Source: an uncultured Gemmatimonadales bacterium (GTDB lineage: Bacteria > Gemmatimonadota > Gemmatimonadetes > Gemmatimonadales > GWC2-71-9). From it: a DNA stretch of 64,000 nucleotides. The position numbers and the translations under genes are program-made. The notes under the pieces were generated by a model. That model saw only the letters and a list, made by a program, of their open reading frames with translations. It was not told where the DNA came from and searched no databases. Below, piece by piece: positions 27,406-36,909 of the stretch; positions within the stretch are counted from its first letter, which is position 1; each line of letters opens with the position of its first letter. Where the stretch lies: the NCBI GenBank assembly GCA_963843115.1, contig CAWJJB010000007.1:2203282-2267281 (forward strand), read 5' to 3'.

Positions 27406-30012
27406 GTGTCAGTGGCTGATCAGCTCGAGCAACTGAAGGCGGCCCTCGCGGGACACTATGACGTCGAGCGCCTTCTGGGCCAGGGCGGCATGGCCAACGT
27501 GTACCTCGCCCAGGACCCGAAGCATCAGCGCCGCGTTGCCATCAAGGTGCTGAAGCCGGAACTCTCCGCCACCATCGGGGCTGAGCGTTTCCTGCGCGAG
27601 ATCCGTGTGGCCGCCCAGCTGCAGCACCCGAATATTCTCGGCCTCTACGATTCCGGCGATGCCGACGGCCTCCTCTACTACGTGATGCCGTTCGTCGAGG
27701 GGGAGTCGCTCAGGGACCGCCTGTCGCGCGAGCACCAGTTGCCGATCGAGGACGCCGTCCGGATCGTGCGCGAGGCCGCCGAGGCACTGCACTATGCCCA
27801 CGAGCGCAAGATTATCCATCGCGATATAAAGCCGGAGAACATCCTGCTCCAGGGCGGCCATGCCCTGGTGGCCGACTTCGGCATTGCGCGGGCCGTCGAG
27901 TCGGCCGGACAGAAGCTGACCGAGACGGGCATGGCGGTCGGCACGCCCCATTACATGAGCCCGGAGCAGTCGCTCGGCGGCGACATGGATGGACGCAGCG
28001 ATGAGTACAGCCTGGGATGCGTACTGTACGAATTGCTGGTGGGACAGCCGCCGTTCGACGGACCCAATGCCATGGCCGTGCTTGCGCGGCACTCGCTGGA
28101 ACAGGTCCCCAGCATGCAGGTGGTGCGGAACTCGGTTCCCGATGCCGTCGAGGATGCCGTGTTCCGGGCGCTTGAGAAGACGCCGGCCGATCGCTACCCC
28201 AGCATGAAGGGCTTCGCCGAGGCGCTTGGCGAAGCGGAGGCTGAAGCATCGCTGCTCCGGACGTCGGCCAGGCGAGCCAATACCCCGAGGACGCCGCAGC
28301 AGATTCCCATTTCCACCCGGCGCACGACGGCGAAGATCATGCGCCCAGGTGGTACGAGACAGACGCCGGTGCAGGAATTCCAGGATGAGGTCGAGCCACG
28401 GCCGCGACGGACCTGGCTCCTGACCGGAGCCGTGGTTGCTCTGCTCGTGGTGCTGGGTCTGTTTGGGATTCGGTATTACGGCGCTCGCGGAGGCGCGGGG
28501 GCCGTGGTGTCGGCCGCCACCGACGAGAGTGCCAAGCACATCGCGGTGCTCTACTTCGACAGCCCGGCCAACGACTCGCTCCGACTCCTCGCCGACGGCC
28601 TTACGGAGGGGCTCATCCGCGAGCTCACCCGGGTTCAGGGCCTGTACGTCATCTCGGCAAACGGTGTCGCCCAGTTCAGGGGCCAGGACACACCGCCGGA
28701 CAGCATCGGACGGATACTGAAGGTCGGCACTCTTGTCGAGGGAAGCGTCGAACAGTCCGGAAGCCGGGTACGCGTCAATGTGCGCCTGGTTGACGCGAGC
28801 AGCGGCGCACCGTTCGAGCGGGCGAGCTTCGAGCAGCCCGCTGGCAGCTATCTCACCCTCGCCGATTCGCTGTCCCAGCAAGCGGCGCTGCTCCTGCGGC
28901 AGCGACTCGGCGTTGAGATCCGGCTACGGCAGGAACAGCAGCGCACCAGGAATCCGCAGGCGTGGGTGCTGGTGCAGCGCGCCGAGGCGCTCCGGAAACA
29001 GGTCGATTCGCTCGCGCGGAACAATCCCGCAGCGGCGACCATCGCCCTCGATCAGGCCGACTCGCTCCTGGGTGCCGCCGTATTGCTCGATGCGACCTGG
29101 CCCGAGCCGCTCATCCTCAAGGGAGCGCTCGCCTCGCGCCGTGTCCGGCTCGTGAATCGGGATCCCATGCTTGCCGCGCCCATCCTTGCGCGAGGCCTGA
29201 GTTCCGTGGACCAGGCACTGACACTCGCTCCCCAGAATGCGGATGCGCTGTATCAGCGCGGCGACCTCCGGTACTGGCGCTGGATCCTCGGGCTGGAGAC
29301 GGACCCCACGGCGGCAAGACAGCTACTCGCGGCGGCACAATCGGACTTCGAGCAAAGCAAGTTGATCGACCCGTTGCAGGCGCAGGCCTGGGCATCACTG
29401 AGCCATCTCTACAATCAGAGTGGCAACTTCAGCGAGGTGCAGTTCGCGGCGAGGCGCGCCTATGAGGCCGATGCCTACCTCGCCAACATCGACGTCGTCA
29501 TCCACCGGCTTTTCCTGTCGTCGTACGACCTGGCCGACTTCACCGCCGCCTCGCACTGGTGCGAAGAGGGCGCGCGCCGCTTTCCCACCGACTACCGCTT
29601 TACACTCTGCCGCCTGCAGTTGCTGACCACGCGCGCCGGGCAACCCGACGTCGACCGGGCCTGGCGACTGCGCGACAGCGTGGCGGCCCTCGCCCCCAGG
29701 AACCAGCGCGAGTTCTGGACCCTGGCGTCGCAGATGACCGTGGCCAGCGTGCTCGCCCGCAAGCAACTGGGTGACAGCGCGAAGCGCGTCATCGCCCGGT
29801 CGCGCGGAACCCCCGACATCGACGGGAGCCGGGACCTGTTGTTCGAAGAGGCGGTGGCACAGACGGCGCTCGGCGACAAGGATGCCGCGTTCAAGGCGCT
29901 CATGACGTACTGGGCGGCCAACCCCGATCGACAGGCCGGGATGGTCGAGAATCCAGGATGGGAGTTCCAGCAGCTCACCTCGGACCCGCGGTGGGGAGGG
30001 CGCGCACCATAA
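27406..30012 (+). CDS. membrane Ser/Thr protein kinase with extracytoplasmic TolB-N-like and TPR region
   Basis: GQGGMANVY...AIKVL, HRDIKPENILL, DFGIARA. TM segment WLLTGAVVALLVVLGLFGI, followed by IAVLYFDS... and TPR-like helices. Confidence 0.85.
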   Translation: MSVADQLEQLKAALAGHYDVERLLGQGGMANVYLAQDPKHQRRVAIKVLKPELSATIGAERFLREIRVAAQLQHPNILGLYDSGDADGLLYYVMPFVEGESLRDRLSREHQLPIEDAVRIVREAAEALHYAHERKIIHRDIKPENILLQGGHALVADFGIARAVESAGQKLTETGMAVGTPHYMSPEQSLGGDMDGRSDEYSLGCVLYELLVGQPPFDGPNAMAVLARHSLEQVPSMQVVRNSVPDAVEDAVFRALEKTPADRYPSMKGFAEALGEAEAEASLLRTSARRANTPRTPQQIPISTRRTTAKIMRPGGTRQTPVQEFQDEVEPRPRRTWLLTGAVVALLVVLGLFGIRYYGARGGAGAVVSAATDESAKHIAVLYFDSPANDSLRLLADGLTEGLIRELTRVQGLYVISANGVAQFRGQDTPPDSIGRILKVGTLVEGSVEQSGSRVRVNVRLVDASSGAPFERASFEQPAGSYLTLADSLSQQAALLLRQRLGVEIRLRQEQQRTRNPQAWVLVQRAEALRKQVDSLARNNPAAATIALDQADSLLGAAVLLDATWPEPLILKGALASRRVRLVNRDPMLAAPILARGLSSVDQALTLAPQNADALYQRGDLRYWRWILGLETDPTAARQLLAAAQSDFEQSKLIDPLQAQAWASLSHLYNQSGNFSEVQFAARRAYEADAYLANIDVVIHRLFLSSYDLADFTAASHWCEEGARRFPTDYRFTLCRLQLLTTRAGQPDVDRAWRLRDSVAALAPRNQREFWTLASQMTVASVLARKQLGDSAKRVIARSRGTPDIDGSRDLLFEEAVAQTALGDKDAAFKALMTYWAANPDRQAGMVENPGWEFQQLTSDPRWGGRAP

Positions 30013-30134
30013 ACCATTGCGCCGTTGTGGCTTGGACGCCGCCCGCGCGGCACCAGAATGAGCCATCCTGCCTCGCCCACCTAGCCCAAACCAACGTCCC
30101 ACAATAACTTAGCTCCGCGCAAGCGTATAGACTC

Positions 30135-30163
30135 TTGACGGCAAGGCTTTTGCCAGCCATATC
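30135..30163 (+). promoter_or_regulatory. candidate sigma70-type promoter for the lipoprotein gene
   Basis: TTGACG (30135-30140), 17 nt, then CATATC (or TATCAT at 19 nt), in an AT-richer 190-nt intergenic island. Confidence 0.3.
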
Positions 30164-30205
30164 ATGCTCACACCTAGCAGTCTGGCCCCCAGGGAGATCC
30201 CCAAG

Positions 30206-31945
30206 ATGCGTCGCAGGTCGTTCCGCCCAGCACAGGCCCTCATTGCCATGATGCTCATCTTCGTGGCCGCCTGTTCCGACCAATCCACGGCACCACAGAC
30301 TCCCCAGACCACGCAGAGCCAGCCTGAGATTTCCGACCCGAGCCTCCTCCGGTATCCGACCGGGTGCAGCAAGGACGAGATCAACGCGCTGGTGAACGAC
30401 GTGTTCAAGAGGCCACTGGTCCGTGCGGCAGTAAAGATCGAGATCGCACTGTTCTTTGCGCTGAACCAGAGCGGCGCCAAGCCGCAGGCCAAGGCCAAGC
30501 TGATGGCGATCGCCGGCAAGGCCCTCGACGCCAGTGTCGGGGAGACGGATCCGGCGGTCCTGAAGCGCATCGCATCCTTTGTGTCTCTTCTCTACTGCGT
30601 CATCGGTGAACCGGCGCCCCCGCTCGACCTGGTGAATGGTGCCGCCCAGATCGTGAATCCCGGCGAAACGGCGACGGTCGGCGTACCCGACAAGGATCCC
30701 GGCTTCAATGGCAACCTGGTGGCGACCCAGGTGGTGAATCCGCCGGTGGCCACGCTGGTGAGCATCACGCCGTGCACGGTCGGCCTCGATACGCAGCTCC
30801 GCAAGACCGGCCCCTGCTACGACATCACGGCATCACCGGAGCTTCCGCCGGGGGCGCGGCTGGTGGGCGCATGCATCAACCTTCCATTCCCAGAAGGCGA
30901 CGTGAGGAATGAACGGATCCGCCTGGCGCACAACCTGGCGCCGAACAAGCCGGTGACCGTCGAGGGCAACGTCCGGTTCGGCAATATCGAGATCATTTCG
31001 CCGGGCAATGTCAGCCTGCAGCCACTGAGCCTGTCGTGCGTGCCGTCAGGAATCTCCTTCCTGAACAAGGTCATCGACATCGTACTGCCGCAGAAGCTGC
31101 TGGCCCGTGCGGCCACTGGCACCGGCGGCCGCGGTGGGCTGGCCAGCAACTACAGCCCGTTCGACGGTGTCGATCCGGTGTTGACCGTGACGGCAAACTC
31201 GGCCACGACGCAGGACGGCGCTGCCGGTGCCGCGGTGAGTGCGCCACCGTCAGTGCTGGTGAAGACCGAGGAGGGTGCGACGGTGGATAACGTCGCCGTC
31301 AGCTTCGTACCCACCACCGGCAGCGGCTCCGTGAGTGGCGGCAATCAGCTTACCAGCGGCGGCGTTGCCACCGTTGGCAGCTGGGTCATCAACGCCGGCA
31401 CGAACACCCTGGTCGCAACGGCGAGCACGCCGGGCCTGAGCTTCCTTGGCTCCCCGGTCGAGTTCACCGCCAACGGCGCCGGGCCGGTTCCCGGATTCGG
31501 TGCGCCGGGATACAGCTACTACACCACCACCGATCCGGCGAGCGCCCCTCCGGGCTGGCAGACGGCGAGCTTCCCTGATGGCTGGGCAACCGGTGCAGCG
31601 CCGTTCGGCTCGCTGACCTACTGCGCCAATGAGCCGTACAACCTGCCTCCCGTCGTGACGAACTGGGGCATCGGCACCCCGAGCTACGTGCTGATCCGGA
31701 AGGACTTCTTCGTGCCGAACGGCGAAGCGGCGAGCATCCAGGTTCTCGTGGACAACGACGTGCAGGTGTTCCTCAACAACGTCGACGTGAGTGGCGGCCT
31801 CAAGACCCACGAGAACTGCGCCAACGTCAATCCCGTGGCACCGATCAGCGTCACGCTCGCCCCGGGCATCAACAAGCTCGCGATCATTGCCAAGGACCGG
31901 GGCGGCCAGAGCTACCTGGACCTGCAGGTCACGCCGGCAGAATAG
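30206..31945 (+). CDS. hypothetical lipoprotein with Ig-like and C-terminal beta-sandwich regions
   Basis: MRRRSFRPAQALIAMMLIFVAAC lipobox, with AGGGAG SD. No catalytic motif recognised. Confidence 0.65.
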   Translation: MRRRSFRPAQALIAMMLIFVAACSDQSTAPQTPQTTQSQPEISDPSLLRYPTGCSKDEINALVNDVFKRPLVRAAVKIEIALFFALNQSGAKPQAKAKLMAIAGKALDASVGETDPAVLKRIASFVSLLYCVIGEPAPPLDLVNGAAQIVNPGETATVGVPDKDPGFNGNLVATQVVNPPVATLVSITPCTVGLDTQLRKTGPCYDITASPELPPGARLVGACINLPFPEGDVRNERIRLAHNLAPNKPVTVEGNVRFGNIEIISPGNVSLQPLSLSCVPSGISFLNKVIDIVLPQKLLARAATGTGGRGGLASNYSPFDGVDPVLTVTANSATTQDGAAGAAVSAPPSVLVKTEEGATVDNVAVSFVPTTGSGSVSGGNQLTSGGVATVGSWVINAGTNTLVATASTPGLSFLGSPVEFTANGAGPVPGFGAPGYSYYTTTDPASAPPGWQTASFPDGWATGAAPFGSLTYCANEPYNLPPVVTNWGIGTPSYVLIRKDFFVPNGEAASIQVLVDNDVQVFLNNVDVSGGLKTHENCANVNPVAPISVTLAPGINKLAIIAKDRGGQSYLDLQVTPAE

Positions 31946-31970
31946 GCAACACCTTCTCCACGCACGTAGA

Positions 31971-32003
31971 AACGCCGGACAGGTCGATGACCTGTCCGGC
32001 GTT
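31971..32003. terminator. bidirectional hairpin between convergent genes
   Basis: Perfect 15-bp stem AACGCCGGACAGGTC/GACCTGTCCGGCGTT with loop GAT. Weak U-tracts on both sides. Confidence 0.5.
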
Positions 32004-32028
32004 CTGCTGCCCGCTGCAGTGTGCCCTG

Positions 32029-32484
32029 CTATCCGGGACCGGCGCCGAGCGCCCGCAGCCGCCGGAGAACCCGTCGCTGGGAAGCTTCGTTTGACACGGC
32101 GAGGAAAATGGTGTCGTCTCCCGCCAGGGTGCCGATGATCTCGGTCCATGCCAGCCGGTCGAGCGCAATCCCCACCCGGTTCGCCTCGCCGGCAGGCGTG
32201 TGCACCACCACCAGCGCATCGCCGGCAGGTTCGGCCGTCAGCACCCCCTCCGCGATCCGAAGCTCGTCGGGATCGCGTACCCGTGTCGCCGCAGCAGACG
32301 CCTTGCGATACACCCCGTCCACCTTGGCGAGCCGCAACGACTTGATGTCCCGGCTGACCGATGACTGCGTCACCTGCCAGCCATCACTCGTCAGCGCGTC
32401 GGCCAGTTCCTCCTGCGTCCGCACAGCGCGCGTGCTGACCAGCTCGAGGATCCTGAGATGGCGCTTGCGCCGGTCAGCCGTCAT
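32029..32484 (-). CDS. argR: arginine repressor
   Basis: RTQEELADAL...VTQSSVSRDIKSLRL winged helix and GTLAGDDTIFLAV C-terminal motif. The ATG overlaps the argH stop (ATGA). Confidence 0.9.
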   Translation of the reverse strand: MTADRRKRHLRILELVSTRAVRTQEELADALTSDGWQVTQSSVSRDIKSLRLAKVDGVYRKASAAATRVRDPDELRIAEGVLTAEPAGDALVVVHTPAGEANRVGIALDRLAWTEIIGTLAGDDTIFLAVSNEASQRRVLRRLRALGAGPG

Positions 32485-33845
32485 CCCTGCCTGCGCCCTG
32501 CCAGCCGGAGCATCGCATCGTCGAAGCGCCGGCGTTCGGCTCGCCACCAGCGCCGCGACTGCGTGAGCCGCGCACGCGCGAGTCCGAGCTCGAGGTTCCC
32601 CACGCCGCCGGCACTCGTGCGGGCCGCGATGAGGTCGCGATCAGGGATGGCCGGCATCGCGACCCCGCGCTTGAGCTCCGCGGCCACGTCCCTGTAGGCC
32701 TCCCGGAACGGCTGACCCTCGCTGGAACGGCGCAACGCCTCATCCGTCGCGAGGATGTCGCCGCCGAGTGCCGCCCGGCCACGGTCACGATCGACCTCGA
32801 CCCGCGGCATCGCGATGATGAGCATGCGCAGCATCTCGTCGCTGAGCTCGATGCCGCGCATGAGCGGCGCCTTGAGGAACTGGAAGTCGCGGTGGTAGCC
32901 ACCCGGCAGGCCGGCCTTGAGCGCATGCACCGTGAACAGTGCACCCTCGACCAGCGCCGATCGGGCGCGCGTCAGCTCGAACAGGTCCGGGTTCCGCTTC
33001 TGTGGCATGATGCTGGATCCCGTGGCCAGGTCCACCGGGAGTCGCAGCCAGCCGAATTCCTCGGCGCTGTACAGGATCACGTCCGACGACAGCTTGGCCA
33101 TCTCGTGGCCCAGCTCGGTGCACCAGTGCAGCACTGCCGCCTCGAGCTTTCCCCGTGCGTTCTGCACCAGGCCCACGCTGTGGTCGATGTCGCCGAAGCC
33201 GAGCGCCCGTGCCGTCGCCCGACGATCGAGCGGAAGCGGAACGCCGTAGCCGGCCGCACTGCCCAGTGGGGATCGATCAAGCCGGCGCCAGAGGGTATCG
33301 ACACCCTCGATGGTGTCGAGCAGCCCCTCGGCGTACGCCGAGGCCCACACACCCGCCGAGGATGGCATGGCGCGCCGCTGGTGCGTGTAACCGGGCCACA
33401 GCGCCGTGCGGTTGGCCGCCGCGAAGTCGAGCAGCGTGGTCGCCAGCTCCGTGGCGCGCGCCTGCAGCGACAGCACGCGATCCTTGAGGTACAGGCGGAT
33501 ATCCACCGCCACCTGGTCGTTGCGTGACCGACCGGTGTGCAGCATCCCGCCGCTCCTGCGGTCGCGCCGGGTGAGCCAGAACTCCACCGCCGAGTGCACG
33601 TCCTCATGCTCCTCGCCGATGGCCAGCTGACCGGCATCCACCGCCCTCAGTGCGCCCCGCAGCAGGCGCTGCATGCGCAGGTGCGCGGTGGTACTGAGGA
33701 TGCCACTCTTGCGCAGGCCCTCGGCGTGGCCGAGGCTGCCGAGAATGTCCCAGCGCAGCAGTCGCGCATCCCATTCGCGATCATCCGCGACGGTGTACGT
33801 CAACAGCGTCTCGCTCGGAGCCGTTCCCCACAGGGACTTCTTCAC
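32481..33845 (-). CDS. argH: argininosuccinate lyase
   Basis: GSSIMPQKRNPD signature, 454 aa. GTG start at 33845. Confidence 0.9.
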   Translation of the reverse strand: MKKSLWGTAPSETLLTYTVADDREWDARLLRWDILGSLGHAEGLRKSGILSTTAHLRMQRLLRGALRAVDAGQLAIGEEHEDVHSAVEFWLTRRDRRSGGMLHTGRSRNDQVAVDIRLYLKDRVLSLQARATELATTLLDFAAANRTALWPGYTHQRRAMPSSAGVWASAYAEGLLDTIEGVDTLWRRLDRSPLGSAAGYGVPLPLDRRATARALGFGDIDHSVGLVQNARGKLEAAVLHWCTELGHEMAKLSSDVILYSAEEFGWLRLPVDLATGSSIMPQKRNPDLFELTRARSALVEGALFTVHALKAGLPGGYHRDFQFLKAPLMRGIELSDEMLRMLIIAMPRVEVDRDRGRAALGGDILATDEALRRSSEGQPFREAYRDVAAELKRGVAMPAIPDRDLIAARTSAGGVGNLELGLARARLTQSRRWWRAERRRFDDAMLRLAGRRQG

Positions 33846-33895
33846 GTCATCACGTCCTCACGTCCTCACGTCCTGTCATCACGCCCTCACGTCAG
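33843..33895 (-). repeat. tandem octamer array (sense AGGRCGTG) spanning the argE' stop to the argH start
   Basis: Plus strand: cacgtcat cacgtcct cacgtcct cacgtcct gtcat cacgccct cacgtcag. The first cac is the argH GTG start. The tca at 33892-33894 inside the last unit is the upstream stop. Confidence 0.85.
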
Positions 33896-34971
33896 TTTTC
33901 ACTCAGGTACTCCCTCGCCACGTCGGCATAGAACTGGCGCGCTTCCGTGACCTCGTGCAGGTCCACGCACTCGTCCGCCGTATGCGAACGCCGACTCGTG
34001 CCCGGGCCCACCTTGATCGTGTCCCGATCGTTGAGGAACACCCAGTCGGAGCACGTCGGGCTGCCGTAGCGCCCCGCCGCCGGCCGCACGCGACCAGCCA
34101 CTTCAAGCAGGCGTGAATGTGCCGGCGTTTCGCACGGCACGAGCCGCTGCGAGGTGACCACCACCTCGGACTCGAGTGCCGCCCGCAGCACCTCGCCGAT
34201 CTCGTCATGCGACCAACTCGGCGTGCTGCGGATGTCGAGCACCGCCTTGGCCATGGGCGGCGTGACGTTGCGACTGATGCCCGCCTCCACCATCGTCGGC
34301 GTGATGGAGACGCGACCCAGCACCGGGTGCGCCCGCTCCTGACAGAGCTCGGCCAGTCGGAGCAGGTCGCGCGCAAGGACAATGGCGGCGTTGGTGAAGG
34401 TGTCGCCGGCGGCGTACCCGGCATGCCGCTGGTCGCCACGTGCCACCAGGTCCACCATCATCAGCCCCCGCTGTGCGACGGAGAGTTCGAGATTGGTTGG
34501 CTCCCCCACGAGTGCCGCATCCACGGTGCCGACCGCCTTGAGCGCCTCGGGCATCGAGGTCTGCTTCGTCTCCTCGCCGAAGCCCAGGATCACCAGCAGT
34601 CGACCATGTGAAGGCCCGCCCGCATCCGCGACGTCACGGATCGCGCAGAGCATCGCCGCCACTGAGGCCTTGGCATCGCTCGAGCCGCGACCGTAGAGCC
34701 GCCCGTCCTCCACCACCGGCGTCCAGGGATCTCGGGTCCAGCCCTGCCCGGGGGGGACAACGTCGAGATGCGATACCAGCGCGAGCGTGGGGCCAGGCTT
34801 CCCCGCCCGCACCTCGACCCGCACTCCTGCCGCATCCCGTACTACATCCAGGCCCCACTCGCGCACCGTCGTCTCCACGTGACGTGCAATGACTTCCTCG
34901 TCGCCACTCACGGAAGGAATGGCGACGAGGTCGTGCAGCAGGGCAATCTCAGCCGGCGAGGTCGACGCCAA
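33892..34971 (-). CDS. argE: M20-family deacylase (ArgE/DapE-like; probable acylcitrulline/acylornithine deacylase)
   Basis: IPSVSGDEE, SHLDVVP and GSSDAKA motifs. Located in the arg operon. Confidence 0.75.
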   Translation of the reverse strand: MASTSPAEIALLHDLVAIPSVSGDEEVIARHVETTVREWGLDVVRDAAGVRVEVRAGKPGPTLALVSHLDVVPPGQGWTRDPWTPVVEDGRLYGRGSSDAKASVAAMLCAIRDVADAGGPSHGRLLVILGFGEETKQTSMPEALKAVGTVDAALVGEPTNLELSVAQRGLMMVDLVARGDQRHAGYAAGDTFTNAAIVLARDLLRLAELCQERAHPVLGRVSITPTMVEAGISRNVTPPMAKAVLDIRSTPSWSHDEIGEVLRAALESEVVVTSQRLVPCETPAHSRLLEVAGRVRPAAGRYGSPTCSDWVFLNDRDTIKVGPGTSRRSHTADECVDLHEVTEARQFYADVAREYLSEN

Positions 34972-35884
34972 GGTAGGTTGCCTTCTCCTTCCGGCCGACG
35001 ATCATCGTGCCGAGGCCGGCGCCGGTGAACACTTCGAGGAGCAGCGCATCATTGGCCCGGCCATCGATGATGTGGGTGCGCTCCACCCCGCTGGTGGCGG
35101 CACGGATGCAGGCCTCCACCTTGGGCCGCATTCCCCCCGCCAGCGCGCCGCTGGCCATGAGTGTGGTGAGGTCGTCCGGGTCCGCGAAGGTGACCAGCGA
35201 CGACGGATCGTTCCGGTCGCGAAGCACCCCTGGCGCCCCGGTCATGTAGATCAGCTTCATCGCCTGCAAGGCCACGGCAATCGACTCGGCCACGGTGTCG
35301 GCGTTCACGTTGTAGACATTGCCATCGTCGTCGCCCGCCAGGCTCGCAACAACCGGCACGAACCGCGCGTCCATCAGGGTGTTGAGCACCCGGGGATCGA
35401 CCCGGTCGATGTCACCCACGTGCCCGTAGTCCACCACGCGCGTCTTGCCAGCATCGTCGACCACCGTCACAGGTGGACGCCGATGTGCCGTGATCAGCTC
35501 GGCGTCGACACCCGACAGGCCAACTGCCTGCAGGCGGTGCTCGCGCAGTGACGCGAGGAGGTCCGTATTGAGCTGGCCGCCATAGACCATCTTGGCGACC
35601 TCGAGCGCCTGCTGGTCGGTAACCCGCCGGCCCGCTACGATCGTCGGCTCGGTGCCCAGCTTGCGACTCAACGCCGTGGCCTGCGGACCGCCACCATGCA
35701 CCACCACCAGGCGAATACCCAGGGACGACAGCAGCGCCAGCTGCGCGGCGGCCTGGTCGAGGGTGTCGGGGTCGCTCACCACGTCGCCACCCAGCTTCAC
35801 CACGAACACCTGGTCGCGGTATGCCCGCACGTAGCGGAGCGCACCCTTGAGGCCGGCAATACCCTTCGATGAATCGATCGTCAT
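34949..35884 (-). CDS. argB: acetylglutamate kinase
   Basis: VVKLGGDVV...VVVHGGGPQ. 311 aa with no appended GNAT domain. The ATG overlaps the argF' stop (ATGA). Confidence 0.9.
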   Translation of the reverse strand: MTIDSSKGIAGLKGALRYVRAYRDQVFVVKLGGDVVSDPDTLDQAAAQLALLSSLGIRLVVVHGGGPQATALSRKLGTEPTIVAGRRVTDQQALEVAKMVYGGQLNTDLLASLREHRLQAVGLSGVDAELITAHRRPPVTVVDDAGKTRVVDYGHVGDIDRVDPRVLNTLMDARFVPVVASLAGDDDGNVYNVNADTVAESIAVALQAMKLIYMTGAPGVLRDRNDPSSLVTFADPDDLTTLMASGALAGGMRPKVEACIRAATSGVERTHIIDGRANDALLLEVFTGAGLGTMIVGRKEKATYLGVDLAG

Positions 35885-36909
35885 CCCTGTTGCCCAGTTG
35901 AGGTCGCCAGCATTTCGAGGAGCAGTGCCCGCTGCGCGTGCAGCCGGTTCTCCGCCTGGTCCACCACCACCGAGGTCGGGCCGTCGATGATGTCATCGTC
36001 GAGCTCGACGTTGCGGCGCACCGGCAGGCAGTGCATCACGATGCCCTTGCCGCCGCGGGTCGACCGCAGCCGCTGGCTGGTGAGGCGCCAGTCGCGCAGG
36101 CCGGCGCGCATCTCGGCCTCCTCCTCGGGATGGTCGTGGTGCTTCACCGAGCCCCAGGACTTCACGTACACGGCGTCGGCGCCAACCAGCGCGTCGTCGG
36201 GATCATTGTTGATGTGGATCATGGCACCGCTGTCGCGCGCCAGCTGGCGCACCAGTGCCGTGTCCTCCGGATCGAGCTCATAGTCGTCCGGGCGCGCGAT
36301 CACCACCTCCATGCCCAGCATGGCCGCCGCGATCGCGGCACTCGCCGGCACCGCCGTGGGCAGGGCCTTGGGATGCCATGCCCAGAGGAGCACGAAGCGC
36401 TTGCCGCGTGGATCACCATCGAACTTCTCGCGCAGCGTCATCGCATCGGCGAGTCCCTGGCAGGGATGCCGCCGCGTCGACTCGAGGTTGATCACCGGCT
36501 TTTCGCAATACTCGGCGAACCGGTTGATCACCAGGTCCTGTCGCACCGTTTCCCAGGCGCCCGGGCGGGGAAAGGTGCGTACACCGAGCACGTCGGCATA
36601 CCGCCCGAGCACGCGGGCGGCGTCCTTGATGTGCTCCACGGTCGTGCCGTCCATCACCGCGCCCGGCTCCGTCTCCAGCGACCAGCTCCCCTTGCCCGGC
36701 TCCAGCACGATGCCGTGGCCGCCGTGCAGGAACATCGCGGCCTCGAAGCTGGTGCGCGTGCGCAGGCTCGGGTCCATGAACATCATCGCCATGATCTTCT
36801 TCTCGAGCCCGCCGGGGATCTCCCCCCGCTTGACCCGGTCGGCGAGGTCGAGGAGCGCCAGGCACTGGTCGCGACCCCAGGACTCCATGGAGAGGAAATC
36901 ACGCTTCAC
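35881..36909 (-). CDS. argF: N-acyl-ornithine carbamoyltransferase-like (argF' type)
   Basis: SLRTRTSFE instead of the STRTR of classical OTCase, plus HPCQ and HCLPVRRN. Overall resembles N-acetyl/N-succinyl-ornithine transcarbamylases. The GTG overlaps the upstream TGA. Confidence 0.8.
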   Translation of the reverse strand: MKRDFLSMESWGRDQCLALLDLADRVKRGEIPGGLEKKIMAMMFMDPSLRTRTSFEAAMFLHGGHGIVLEPGKGSWSLETEPGAVMDGTTVEHIKDAARVLGRYADVLGVRTFPRPGAWETVRQDLVINRFAEYCEKPVINLESTRRHPCQGLADAMTLREKFDGDPRGKRFVLLWAWHPKALPTAVPASAAIAAAMLGMEVVIARPDDYELDPEDTALVRQLARDSGAMIHINNDPDDALVGADAVYVKSWGSVKHHDHPEEEAEMRAGLRDWRLTSQRLRSTRGGKGIVMHCLPVRRNVELDDDIIDGPTSVVVDQAENRLHAQRALLLEMLATSTGQQG

